DNA from: Planctomycetota bacterium
Lineage (GTDB): Bacteria > Planctomycetota > UBA1135 > GCA-002686595
Direction of reading: 5' to 3'
Length of the DNA: 39,122 nt
Assembly (NCBI GenBank): GCA_041157565.1
Contig: JBEBCR010000100.1
Span: 1 to 39,122, forward strand
Of this stretch, positions 6,673-15,750 are shown piece by piece. Under the pieces are notes generated by a model. The model was given only the letters and a program-made list of their open reading frames with translations, searched no databases and was not told the DNA's origin. Position numbers and translations under genes: made by a program. Every line of letters starts with the position of its first letter. The stretch's first letter is position 1.

Positions 6673-8619
6673 ATGAGCCGTCTACTGATCATCGACAACG
6701 ACACGGGCAACCGCCTGGTGCTGCGCAGCCAACTGGTGGATGCGGGACACGACGTGGTTGTGCACGAGAACGGCGCCCGCGGCTTGGTCGAGGCGCGCAG
6801 CTCGCCCTTCGACGCGATCCTCGTCTCGGCGCGCCTCGCGGAAGGCATCGACGGCTTCGAGGTGGTGCACCGCATCAAGGGCATGCCCGAGTGCCAGATC
6901 ACCCCGGCGATCCTCTACACGGAGGAGCAAGCCACGACGGAGGAGCTGGCGCGCGGCTACGAGAACGGCGCCGACCTCTTCCTGACCAAGCACGACCTCG
7001 GCGCCCTGACGACGATCCTCAAGGGCCAGGTGCGCCAGCGCCGCCGCTGCCTCGAGCTCGCCACCCAGGTGCGCGGCCTGCAGGAGGCGCTCAAGCGCGC
7101 CGGCAACCACGAGCAGGTCGTGCGCGACGGCGTCGAGACGGCGGGCATGGACCCGACGACGATCCTGAAGGAGCTCGCCACCGGCCGTCCCGACGGCGTG
7201 ATCCTAGTCGACGACGAGGGCGCCGTGCGCTACGCCGACCGCGGCGCCTGCGAGCTGTTCGGCACGCGCATCGAGTCGATGCCGCTGGGCATGCTGGCCC
7301 CGGCTTCCGGCCTCGAGGCCTTCGTGCGCGACGCGCGCACCGAGCCGCGCGTGGGCTTCCGCTTCGACCTGTCGGCGCGCCGCGGCCGCGGCGTGCGTTC
7401 GCTCAGCGCCGTCGTCGTGCCGCTGCTCGTCCGCCCGGGCGGCATGAACGGCCAGATGGCGACGCGCCTCGTGCTCCTCCAGGACGCCACGCGCCGCCGC
7501 TACGCCGCGGAGCGCCTCAAGTGCAGCGACACCGTGCTCAACGGCCGCGAGAGCAGCGTGCTGCTCGACGCCGCGCGCTACCTGTGGCGCCCCGACACCA
7601 TCCCCGGCCGCGGCGCCGCGGTCGTCGCGCTGCGCAACGCCGTGGTCGAAGAGGCCCAGGGCCGCGCGCCGGTGCTGGTCGTCGGCCCGATCGGCGCCGA
7701 GCAGGAGCTCGTGGCGCGCGTCCTGCACTACAGCTCGCACCAGACCGGTCCGTACATCAGCCAGCGCTGCGGCGCCATGGCGCGCGAGAACGCCGCGGCG
7801 GAGATCTTCGGCATGGCCTCGCCCGCGCTGCGCCACGGCCTGCTGCAGCACGTGGTCGACGGCACCTTGCACCTCGCCGATCCGGGCGAGCTGCCGCTCG
7901 AGGCGCAGGAGCAGCTGGCCCAGTGGCTCGAGACCGGCATGCTGACCCGCCAAGGCGGCCACAAGGCCGAGCGCCTCGACGCGCGCCTCGTCGTCAGCGT
8001 CGAAGGCGATCCCGCGCGGCTCGTGCAGGAAGGCCGGCTCTCGGAGCGGCTCCTCGCCCTGCTGCAGGCCCACCGCATCGACCTCGTGCCGCTCGAGGAG
8101 CGGCGCGAGGACATCGAGGACCTGGCGCGCGCCGCGGTCGCCCGCCACGGCGCCGCGCGCGGGGTCGCGAGCATCGACGCCGCCGCTCTGTCGATCCTGC
8201 GTGCGCGCCCCTGGCCCGGCGACGCCAAGGAGCTCGAGGACGTCGTGCGCGCCGCCTGCAACCACGCCACGACCCCGGTCGTGCTGGTCGACGACCTGCC
8301 GCGCACGCAGAAGGAGCTTGTCGCCGGCATGCGCGCCAACGGCAACCGGTCGGTGGTGGCCGCGCCGCTGCCGGTGCAGCTGGCCCAGCCGACCTACGCC
8401 CGCGGCGAACTGCAGCCGGCGCCGCGCAACGGCGTCCAGCACCGCCAACCGCGCGACTGGGACATCAGCGACGAGGAGCCGGTCAGCCTCGACTTGTACG
8501 AGAAGAAGGCCTTGCTGCGGGCCCTCGACGAGTGCGGCGGCGATCGCCTCGCGGCGGCGCGACTGCTCAAGGTCGGCAAGAGCACCCTGTACAGGAAGTT
8601 GAAGCGCTTCGACATCTGA
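6673..8619 (+). CDS. NtrC-family-like regulator: REC - PAS - degenerate sigma-54-type AAA+ - Fis-type HTH
   Basis: ATG at 6673 with AAGGAG at 6656-6661. REC-like N-terminus (LLIIDNDTG ... ILYTEE ... FLTKHDL). PAS-like segment (DGVILVDDEGAVRYADRGACELFG). AAA+-like segment (APVLVVGPIGAEQELVARVLH, GTLHLADPGELPLEAQEQL). C-terminal HTH_8 (GGDRLAAARLLKVGKSTLYRKLKRF). Confidence 0.8.
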   Translation: MSRLLIIDNDTGNRLVLRSQLVDAGHDVVVHENGARGLVEARSSPFDAILVSARLAEGIDGFEVVHRIKGMPECQITPAILYTEEQATTEELARGYENGADLFLTKHDLGALTTILKGQVRQRRRCLELATQVRGLQEALKRAGNHEQVVRDGVETAGMDPTTILKELATGRPDGVILVDDEGAVRYADRGACELFGTRIESMPLGMLAPASGLEAFVRDARTEPRVGFRFDLSARRGRGVRSLSAVVVPLLVRPGGMNGQMATRLVLLQDATRRRYAAERLKCSDTVLNGRESSVLLDAARYLWRPDTIPGRGAAVVALRNAVVEEAQGRAPVLVVGPIGAEQELVARVLHYSSHQTGPYISQRCGAMARENAAAEIFGMASPALRHGLLQHVVDGTLHLADPGELPLEAQEQLAQWLETGMLTRQGGHKAERLDARLVVSVEGDPARLVQEGRLSERLLALLQAHRIDLVPLEERREDIEDLARAAVARHGAARGVASIDAAALSILRARPWPGDAKELEDVVRAACNHATTPVVLVDDLPRTQKELVAGMRANGNRSVVAAPLPVQLAQPTYARGELQPAPRNGVQHRQPRDWDISDEEPVSLDLYEKKALLRALDECGGDRLAAARLLKVGKSTLYRKLKRFDI

Positions 8620-8706
8620 TGGGTGTCGAGGCTCGCGGGGAGAGCGAGCTCGGCTTCGGCTTCCTCGAGTGGAGGAGAGAGAGGAGCGGGCGGAGAGGCC
8701 CGGGCA

Positions 8707-8745
8707 CGGACGGACGACGGCGTGGGGAGCGCCGGCGTCCGTCCG
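8707..8745. terminator. GC-rich hairpin between convergent genes
   Basis: CGGACGGACG-A-CGGCG [TGGGGAG] CGCCG-G-CGTCCGTCCG, 15 bp with one A/G mismatch. It lies 88 nt after the regulator stop and 28 nt after the membrane-protein stop. Only a weak CTCTT tract follows. Confidence 0.4.
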
Positions 8746-8772
8746 GCTCTTGCGGACGCGCCGCGCGTGGAC

Positions 8773-10740
8773 TCACGGGACGGACAGCAGCACTTCCTCG
8801 CTGGCGCGCGCCCAGGTCGAGCCGGGCTTGACGCCCGGGTTCTTCAGCACGGCGCGCACGCTAGTCCAACGATCGCCCTCCGGAGGGCGCGGCAGCGGCG
8901 CGTGCCACAGCTCCACGGCGCGCGCGCCCGAGGCGTACACGACGATGCGCGTGCGCGCGGCGAAGCTCGAGTCGGTGGCCGCGCCGGATGGATCGATGTG
9001 CGCGCGCGCGCCGCGCTCGGACTCGAGCTTGAGGACGAGGTCGGCGATCTGCGTCTCGGCGTTGTGGCGCAGGTCGACGACGAGCTCGCCGTCCTTGAAC
9101 GAGGCCTCGAGGCGCGGACCGCGCCCGAGCGCGCGCTTGCGCAGCAAGTGCAGCAGCTCGACGTCGGCGAGGCGCAGCGCGCGGTCGGGGATGCCGTAGC
9201 GCACGGTCACCAGCTCGTATTCCACGAGCTTGGCCTCGAGCGCCTCCTGGCGGCCGGCTTGCTCGCCCAGCGAGTCGTGGTGCTCGCGCCAGCGCATCGC
9301 CAGGGCGCGCGGGTCGGGCGCCGCGTCGGGCTCGTGGTGCATGCGCGGCACGAGGTAGTCGGCTTCGCGCCCGAGCGCGGCCAGCATGTCGACGCGCTCC
9401 GTGCAGTCCCAGCTGTTCGGCGGCGCGCCCGGGGCGAGCGGGGAGGCGCGGCCGAGCAGGTCGTGCACGATGCGGCGCGAGATGTAGCCGATGGCGCCCG
9501 GCTCCTCGGCGAGGATCGTGGCGCCCTCCGGCAGTTCCCAGCGCAGGTAGTGGCCGAGCTTGCGCAGCCGGATCGTGCGGCCGATCTCCTCGTGCAGTCC
9601 CTTGCGCGCCAGGGGCGGAGCCTCGACGCCGCGGCCTTGCGGCTGTGGATAGTGGTCGCCGTAGTCGAGCTGTCCGATCTGGTTGTTCGACTTGCTGGCG
9701 AGCACCGAGGCGGCCAGGGCGCAGGCGAGGCTCGCCAGTCCCGCGCGCCGGACCCAGCGGCTGGGCGAGTCGAAGGCCGGGATCAGCCCCTCCTGCACGG
9801 CGATGGCGAGCAGCGGCAGCGCCGGCACGAACGACTCGAAGAACGGCTTGGTGCCGGCGCCGCGCGCCGCGCTGGCGAGCATCCACGCGAGCGCCAGGAA
9901 CGCCGCGTGCGCGCCCATGCGCGACAGGCGCCGCCGCGCCAAGTGGGCGAGGGTCCAGGCGAACAGGAGCGGCGTGGCGGAGAGCAGCGCGAAGGCGCGC
10001 AGGTCGGCCATGCCCACCGCCCATTGCCCCGGGCGCGGGTCTAGCCACGGGCGGAAGGCGGGGGACACCAGCTGGTCGGTCGTGGCGTGGCGCGCGAAGG
10101 CCGAGATGGCCAGCGTGCCGAGCGGCAAGAGGAACGCCGACCAAGACACCGGCGCGGCGTCGCCCGAGCCGCGGCCGAGAGCGCGCACGAGCGCGAAGCC
10201 CGCCACCATGATCGCCGCCTCGGGACGCGTCAGCACCGCCAGCGAGAGCAGGATGCCCAGCGCCAGCGAACGGCCGCGCTCCGCCGCGAGGAAGGCCGCC
10301 ACCAGGAGCAGCGCGAAGAGCGGCGTCTCCAGTCCGCTGGCGGCGGCGGCGGCGAACGCGCCGCACGTCGCGAGGATCAGCGGCGCCATCAGGCCCGCGG
10401 AGCGGTTCGGCCGCAGGCGCGAGCTGACGATGGCGGCGAGGATGGCGCAGGCGACGCCGGTCGTCTGCGCCAGCACGTTGACCGAGGTCTTGAACGAGGC
10501 CGCCACGCGCTCGAAGAAGGCGCACAGGAGCACCCACAGCACGCTCGGATAGCTCTCGAAGGCCTCCATCATCGGGTTCCAGGCGAGCTGGCCGTCGAAG
10601 ACGAGGTTGCGTCCGAGGCGGAAGGGCACGTGGGCCTGGTCCCAGGCGACCGCGACCAGTCCGCGCGCGTCGATGTGGATCGTCAGCACATGGGCGACGA
10701 GCATCACGAGCGCGACGAAGAGGGCGATGGTGCGGTTCAC
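8773..10740 (-). CDS. polytopic membrane protein, GT-C-fold glycosyltransferase-like (ArnT/PMT/arabinofuranosyltransferase-like) with soluble C-terminal domain
   Basis: 655 aa, GTG start at 10740. About 350 aa of repeated hydrophobic segments come first, then a soluble region containing ILAEEPGAIGYISRRIVHDLLG. The function is recalled by resemblance only. Confidence 0.55.
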   Translation of the reverse strand: MNRTIALFVALVMLVAHVLTIHIDARGLVAVAWDQAHVPFRLGRNLVFDGQLAWNPMMEAFESYPSVLWVLLCAFFERVAASFKTSVNVLAQTTGVACAILAAIVSSRLRPNRSAGLMAPLILATCGAFAAAAASGLETPLFALLLVAAFLAAERGRSLALGILLSLAVLTRPEAAIMVAGFALVRALGRGSGDAAPVSWSAFLLPLGTLAISAFARHATTDQLVSPAFRPWLDPRPGQWAVGMADLRAFALLSATPLLFAWTLAHLARRRLSRMGAHAAFLALAWMLASAARGAGTKPFFESFVPALPLLAIAVQEGLIPAFDSPSRWVRRAGLASLACALAASVLASKSNNQIGQLDYGDHYPQPQGRGVEAPPLARKGLHEEIGRTIRLRKLGHYLRWELPEGATILAEEPGAIGYISRRIVHDLLGRASPLAPGAPPNSWDCTERVDMLAALGREADYLVPRMHHEPDAAPDPRALAMRWREHHDSLGEQAGRQEALEAKLVEYELVTVRYGIPDRALRLADVELLHLLRKRALGRGPRLEASFKDGELVVDLRHNAETQIADLVLKLESERGARAHIDPSGAATDSSFAARTRIVVYASGARAVELWHAPLPRPPEGDRWTSVRAVLKNPGVKPGSTWARASEEVLLSVP

Positions 10741-10818
10741 GCGGCTTCGACCCGAGGATGACAGCGAGGTGCGCCTTGGCGCAAGCGCGCCACGGGCTTT
10801 CGCGGCGCGTGGCGCGCG

Positions 10819-11799
10819 TCAGCCGCCCAGCGTGAGGACCACGGCGGCGACCTCGGCGACGCCCAGCTCGACCTCGGCGGAGCCCTTGGCCGCGCCGGCC
10901 TGCGCCATCACGCTCCACTTGCCGCGCGGCATCCACTCGCTGCGCCCCTTGCCGTCGGCGCCGGTGGCGAAGGCGGGCGCGGGACGCGGCGCTTCGCCCG
11001 TGGTGCGCAGCACGACGAGCGCTCCCGCGACGGGGCGACCGCGCTGGTCGAGCACGGTCACCTCGGCGCGCGCGGCGGCGAGCTCGCAGGCGACCTCGAT
11101 CTCGCCGGTTCCGACCTCGACTTGCGCGGGCGCCGACAGCACGGGCCACGCGCCGCCCGCGGCCCATTCCGGCAGCAGTCGCAGCTCGTACGCGCCCGGC
11201 CACAACCGCTCGAAGCGCACGACTCCATCGCCACCCAAGGTCGCGCGCGCGGACAGCGGCGCGTCGATGCGATGGGCCGGCGCGACTGGTTCGAGCCACA
11301 GCTCCATGCCGCGCAGCTCGAGCCCGGCGGGCGCGGCGACCTTGACGAGGCAGCGTCCGCGTTGCGCGCCGGCGAAGGACGGAGCGGGAGCCACGGGCCC
11401 GAGCGCGAGGCGCGCCTCGGCCTGGTCGTCGGGCAGCTCGACCTGCAGCGGGTCGCGACCCATGGCGACGACCCTGACCTGGCGCGCTCCACGCGGCAGT
11501 CCGCGCATGGCGACGCGTCCCGCCTCGTCGGACAATTCGCCGCGCACTTCGTCGCCCACGAGCACCGAAACGACGGCGGACGACACGGGTTGGCCGGCCT
11601 CGTCGCAGACGAAGGCGGCGAAGGCGCCATCGCGCGCGGGCAGGCCCACCGACTCGAACGGGCCCGCGGCCGGCGCCGCGAGCGCCGGGCGTTCGGCGCC
11701 CGGCGGCAGTTCGCCGGGCCGCGTGGCGTAGGCGCCGACGAACGCCGCCAGCGCCGCCAGCGGCACGACCTTGAGCCACGGGATGCGCGCGCGGGCCAT
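10819..11799 (-). CDS. signal-anchored protein with carboxypeptidase-regulatory-like (CarboxypepD_reg) beta-sandwich repeats
   Basis: ATG at 11799. N-terminal hydrophobic VVPLAALAAFVGAYA. Segments such as VCDEAGQPVSSAVVSVL ... SDEAGRVAMRGLPRGARQVRVV and VLDQRGRPVAGALVVL ... TGADGKG follow the domain pattern. Confidence 0.55.
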   Translation of the reverse strand: MARARIPWLKVVPLAALAAFVGAYATRPGELPPGAERPALAAPAAGPFESVGLPARDGAFAAFVCDEAGQPVSSAVVSVLVGDEVRGELSDEAGRVAMRGLPRGARQVRVVAMGRDPLQVELPDDQAEARLALGPVAPAPSFAGAQRGRCLVKVAAPAGLELRGMELWLEPVAPAHRIDAPLSARATLGGDGVVRFERLWPGAYELRLLPEWAAGGAWPVLSAPAQVEVGTGEIEVACELAAARAEVTVLDQRGRPVAGALVVLRTTGEAPRPAPAFATGADGKGRSEWMPRGKWSVMAQAGAAKGSAEVELGVAEVAAVVLTLGG

Positions 11800-11834
11800 G
11801 ACGCCAGTCTACGCGCGAAGGGGCCTCGTCGTCT

Positions 11835-12389
11835 TCAGCGCGCTCGCGCGCATTCCTCGACGAGCAGCGTGCGCAACTCCTCCAGCGCGGCGAAGCCGCC
11901 GAGGTCGGCCGCGCGCACGGTGTCGAGGAACTCGTCGAGCCCGCGCTGGCCCGCGCGCAGTTGCCGCAGGAGCCGCACGCCCAGTTGCAGGCGGTCGCAC
12001 GCCTTGACGAAGCGCGCGGCATCCGTGCGCTGCTCGCGCCACTCGCTCCACAGCCCCTCCGCCGCGGAGCCGAGCGGAGCGAGCAGCCGCGCGGCGGCCG
12101 CGTCCTCGGCGGCGCGCTTGGCGCCGGCCGGCAGCAGCTCCGCCGCGCTGCGCGGCCAATCCCCGAGCAGCGCCTCGGGCGCGTCGTGCACCAGCGCCAG
12201 GGCCGCCGCGCGGGCGGGGTCGACTCCGCAGCGCGGCGCCAGCGCCAGGCACAGCCACTGGAGGCCCAGCACGTGCTCGCCCACGGTCTCGGGGTCCCGG
12301 ACCCCGCGCTGGATCCAACCCGTGCGCGGCAGGTCGTCCATGGCGGACAGGGCCAAGAGGGCTTCCAGCGTGAGCGGATCGCGGTCCAT
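11835..12389 (-). CDS. HD-domain phosphohydrolase (YfbR-like 5'-nucleotidase family)
   Basis: Internal ATG at 12389 of track ORF 11835..13625, 184 aa. Motifs: LPRTGW, ETVGEHVLG, and ALVHDAPEALLGD (the HD motif). Confidence 0.75.
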   Translation of the reverse strand: MDRDPLTLEALLALSAMDDLPRTGWIQRGVRDPETVGEHVLGLQWLCLALAPRCGVDPARAAALALVHDAPEALLGDWPRSAAELLPAGAKRAAEDAAAARLLAPLGSAAEGLWSEWREQRTDAARFVKACDRLQLGVRLLRQLRAGQRGLDEFLDTVRAADLGGFAALEELRTLLVEECARAR

Positions 12390-12415
12390 CGCCCCATCGT
12401 AGCGGGCGGGGCGCG

Positions 12416-12444
12416 TTGACCGGGCGGGACGGGCGGCGCACAAT
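12416..12444 (+). promoter_or_regulatory. sigma-70-like promoter candidate for the DAHP synthase gene
   Basis: TTGACC (12416-12421), a 17-nt spacer, then CACAAT (12439-12444). About 70 nt upstream of the ATG at 12514. Confidence 0.3.
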
Positions 12445-12513
12445 GACCCGACGCGAGACGCGGCCACGGGCGCCCCGAGGCGCCGGCCGCCCGTCCCGCA
12501 CCCGGCCACCACC

Positions 12514-13551
12514 ATGCTGCTGCGACTGCGCCCCTCGCTGATCCGCGCCCAGGTCGAGGCCGTGCTCGAACTCGCGCGCTCGCTGGGGTACCGCGCGCGC
12601 TTCATCGACGAGCGGCGCACGCTGCTCCAACTCGATGGCGACGGCGCCCCCGACCATCGCGCGCGCTTCGAGGACCTGTGCGGCGTGTCGGCCGTGCTCG
12701 ACGCCGGCTCCACGCGCGAACTGCACGAGCGCGCCGGCCGGCCGGACCTCGCCGTCGACGTGGGCCCCGCGCGCTTCGGCGGCGGCGTGGTCAGCCTGAT
12801 CGCCGGCCCCTGCGCCGTCGAGGAGGAGGAGCGCGTGCTCGAGATCGCGCGCGCCGTCCAGGCCCGCGGCGCCACGGCGCTGCGCGGCGGCGCGTGGAAG
12901 CCGCGCACCTCGCCGTACTCCTTCCAGGGCCTCAAGCACGCCGGCCTGGAGATCCTCGCCCGCGTGCGGGCCGAGACCGGGCTCGCCATCGTCACCGAGG
13001 TGCTCGATCCGCGCGACGTGGCGGCGGTCGTCGAAGTGGCCGACATGCTGCAGATCGGCGCGCGCTCGATGACGAACTTCGCCTTGCTGTCCGAGGTGGG
13101 CAAGGCGAGGAAGCCCGTGCTGCTCAAGCGCTCGTACATGGCGACGGTGCGCGAGTTCCTGCTGGCCGCCGAGTACGTGCTGGCCGAGGGCAACGAGGAA
13201 GTCGTGCTGTGCGAGCGCGGCATCCGCGGCTTCGACTCGGCCACGACGCGCAACCTGCTCGACGTGGGCGCCGTGGCGCACCTCAAGCGCGCCACGCACC
13301 TGCCGGTCGTGGTCGATCCCTCGCACGCCGCCGGCCGCGGCGACCTGGTGCGCGCCTTGGCCCGGGCCGGCCTCGCCGCGGGCGCCGACGGCCTGATCAT
13401 CGAGGTCCACAGCGATCCGTCCGAGACCCACTCCGACGGCGCGCAGGCCATCCTGCCCGAGACCTTCGGCGAGATCGCGCGCGACGCGCAGGTGATCGCG
13501 GGCCTCGACGGGCGTACGCTGCGCGAGAGCCGCGCGCTGCGCTGGGGCTGA
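12514..13551 (+). CDS. aroF: 3-deoxy-7-phosphoheptulonate (DAHP) synthase, type I-beta with N-terminal regulatory domain
   Basis: 345 aa. An N-terminal region of about 90 aa precedes the catalytic core (IAGPCAVE, LRGGAWKPRTSPYSFQG, LQIGARSMTNF, KPVLLKRS, CERGIR, VDPSH). Confidence 0.9.
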   Translation: MLLRLRPSLIRAQVEAVLELARSLGYRARFIDERRTLLQLDGDGAPDHRARFEDLCGVSAVLDAGSTRELHERAGRPDLAVDVGPARFGGGVVSLIAGPCAVEEEERVLEIARAVQARGATALRGGAWKPRTSPYSFQGLKHAGLEILARVRAETGLAIVTEVLDPRDVAAVVEVADMLQIGARSMTNFALLSEVGKARKPVLLKRSYMATVREFLLAAEYVLAEGNEEVVLCERGIRGFDSATTRNLLDVGAVAHLKRATHLPVVVDPSHAAGRGDLVRALARAGLAAGADGLIIEVHSDPSETHSDGAQAILPETFGEIARDAQVIAGLDGRTLRESRALRWG

Positions 13552-13636
13552 ATCGGTCCCGCTCCGCGCGCGCCGATCGCCACGCCCTCGACGCGCGCGG
13601 CGCGCATCGGTCCATCCCGCACCAAAGACCACCGCC

Positions 13637-14410
13637 ATGAGCCTTGCCCTCCGTTCGGGGCGCCGCCCCATCCTCGCCGGCAACTGGAAGATGAACCTCG
13701 AGCGCAAGAGCGCGCTCGGCCTCGCCTCGGCGGTGCGCGAGCGGCTCGGCGAGCGCGACGACGTGGAGGTGGCGCTGTTCCCGCCGTTCGTCTACCTCGA
13801 CGAGGTGGCGCGCCTCTTGTCGGGCGCGAAGGTCAAGGTGGGCGCGCAAAACTGCTGCGACGAGGCGTCGGGCGCCTTCACCGGCGAGATCTCGGCCGCG
13901 ATGCTGGTCGACGTGGGCTGCGACTGGGTGATCCTCGGGCATTCCGAGCGGCGCCACTTGTACGGCGAGGGCGACGCGCTCGTCGGCGCCAAGGTCAAGG
14001 CCGCGCTCGCGGCCGGGCTGAAGCCGATCGTGTGCGTGGGCGAGACCCTCGAGGAGCGCGAAGGCAAGGCGACCGAGCAGGTCGTGTCGCGCCAGTTGTC
14101 GGCGGCGCTCGCCGGCGTGGCGCGCGCCGACATGGCGCGGCTCGTCGTCGCCTACGAACCGGTGTGGGCCATCGGCACGGGTCGGACGGCGACGCCGGAG
14201 CAGGCGGGCGAGGTGCACCGCCACCTGCGCGGCGCGCTCGGCGGGCTGCACGACATGGAAGTCGCCAAGGCCACGCGCATCCTCTACGGCGGCAGCGTCA
14301 AGCCCGACAACGTGCGCGCGCTGATGCAGGTCGCCGACATCGACGGTTGCCTCGTCGGCGGCGCGAGCCTCAAGGCCGAGAGCTTCCTGCCGCTGCTCGA
14401 GTACCGCTGA
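13637..14410 (+). CDS. tpiA: triosephosphate isomerase
   Basis: 257 aa. Motifs: ILAGNWKMN, VILGHSERR, AYEPVWAIGTG, YGGSVKP. Confidence 0.9.
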   Translation: MSLALRSGRRPILAGNWKMNLERKSALGLASAVRERLGERDDVEVALFPPFVYLDEVARLLSGAKVKVGAQNCCDEASGAFTGEISAAMLVDVGCDWVILGHSERRHLYGEGDALVGAKVKAALAAGLKPIVCVGETLEEREGKATEQVVSRQLSAALAGVARADMARLVVAYEPVWAIGTGRTATPEQAGEVHRHLRGALGGLHDMEVAKATRILYGGSVKPDNVRALMQVADIDGCLVGGASLKAESFLPLLEYR

Positions 14411-14652
14411 GGGCCGCTGGGCAGAGGCGCGAGGATGCGCGCGGCGAGCGGCATCGCGTCGGCGGAATCGCTTGCAAGTGACTGTTGTGCAATGATTTAC
14501 GCCGAAGGCTTCGGTGCCCTGAGGCGGCCGCGGTCCTGGGGCGACAACCGGCTTGGTGCGCCGCGCGGCCGAGCGCGCTGCGGACAGGCGCCGCGGTTTG
14601 CTACTCTTCCCCGTCCACCGCTCGCAGCGGATCGACCAAGCACGCGAACTCC

Positions 14653-14982
14653 ATGGAACTGCTGATCACCTTCCTCTACATCCTGTTCGTCCTCTCGGCG
14701 ATCGTCCTGGTCGTCGTCGTCCTCCTGCAGGAGGGCAAGGGCGGCGGCCTCACGGAAGCGCTCGGCACCGCCGGCCAGCAGACGTTCGGCGTCGCGGCCT
14801 CGGGCATCCACAAGTTCACCGGCTGGACGGGCGCCATCTTCCTCGCCAGCGCGCTGGGCCTGCACGTGCTCAACCGCATGAAGGGCGAGGAGTCCGTCGT
14901 CGGTGGCGGCGCCGAGATCACGGCGCCCGCGGCTCCGGCCGGCGAGTCCGCCGCTCCGACGCCTCCGCAAGGCGGGCAGTGA
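14653..14982 (+). CDS. secG: preprotein translocase subunit SecG
   Basis: Internal ATG at 14653, 109 aa. FVLSAIVLVVVVLLQEGKGGGL followed by a second hydrophobic helix. Shows the conserved tpiA-secG neighbourhood. Has a Pro/Ala-rich tail. Confidence 0.8.
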   Translation: MELLITFLYILFVLSAIVLVVVVLLQEGKGGGLTEALGTAGQQTFGVAASGIHKFTGWTGAIFLASALGLHVLNRMKGEESVVGGGAEITAPAAPAGESAAPTPPQGGQ

Positions 14983-15115
14983 TCCGCCGCGTGGCGCGCC
15001 GCACCAAAGCGCGTCCAGACCACGGCCTCGCCGACACGCCCGCGCGCCACGCGCACGCAGGCTGGGCGGGGCCGATTTCGTTTCCCACACTGGCGGCACA
15101 AGGCCGCTCCCAGCC

Positions 15116-15739
15116 ATGACCACCACCGCGACCGCCTCGATGAACACAGCCGACGTCCTCGACCTGTTCCGCAGCTGTGGAGCGATGCTCGAGGGCCACT
15201 TCCTCCTGTCCTCGGGCCTGCACAGCGACCGCTACTTCCAGTGCGCGCTGCTGCTCGAGCATCCGCAGAAGGCGGAGATCCTCGCCAAGGAACTCGCGCG
15301 CCGCATCCGCGCCGTGGACCCGACGCCGTACGACATCGTCATCGGCCCCGCGATGGGCGCCGTGACGTGGGCCTACGAAGTGGGCCGCGCGCTGGGCTGC
15401 CGCGCGCAGTTCACGGAACGCGTCGGCGAGGACATGGCGCTGCGCCGCGGGTTCGTGGTCAAGCCGACGGACAAGATCCTCGTCGTCGAGGACGTGCTGA
15501 CGACCGGCGGCAGCGCGCGCGAGGTGATGGAGGTGCTGCAGGGCCTCGGCGCCAAGGCGCACGCGGCGGCGTGCCTCGTCAACCGCTCGGGCGGCAACCC
15601 CTTCGCCAAGGAAGGGCTGACGACCTTCGCGCTGGCGGAGGTGACGGTGCAGACGTGGAAGCCCGAGGAGTGCCCGCTGTGCAAGTCGGGCTCCACGGCC
15701 ATCAAGCCCGGCAGCCGCGCCAAGCCGGCGGGGACCTGA
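15116..15739 (+). CDS. pyrE: orotate phosphoribosyltransferase
   Basis: Internal ATG at 15116 (alternative at 15140). Motifs: GHFLLSSGLHSDRYFQ, and the PRPP loop ILVVEDVLTTGGS. C-terminal CPLC...KPGSR tail. Confidence 0.85.
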   Translation: MTTTATASMNTADVLDLFRSCGAMLEGHFLLSSGLHSDRYFQCALLLEHPQKAEILAKELARRIRAVDPTPYDIVIGPAMGAVTWAYEVGRALGCRAQFTERVGEDMALRRGFVVKPTDKILVVEDVLTTGGSAREVMEVLQGLGAKAHAAACLVNRSGGNPFAKEGLTTFALAEVTVQTWKPEECPLCKSGSTAIKPGSRAKPAGT

Positions 15740-15750
15740 GGGGCAGCGCG

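Noticed and set aside
8861-12397. A 1178-aa minus-strand ORF. Similar giants occur at 21854..24721, 26617..29376, 17816..20725, 3557..5809, 1021..2289 and 31225..32736.
   Set aside because: Their translations are monotonous Arg/Ala/Pro/Gly strings with no motifs. They overlap well-supported genes in other frames. Stop-poor shadow frames are expected in DNA this GC-rich.
14411-14652. A possible small RNA or tRNA in the 242-nt tpiA-secG spacer (AT-richer patch ttgcaagtgactgttgtgcaatgatttac and palindrome CCGAAGGCTTCGG).
   Set aside because: No cloverleaf can be drawn and no family was recognised. It is most simply a promoter/leader for secG, and a -35/-10 pair with proper spacing could not be fixed.
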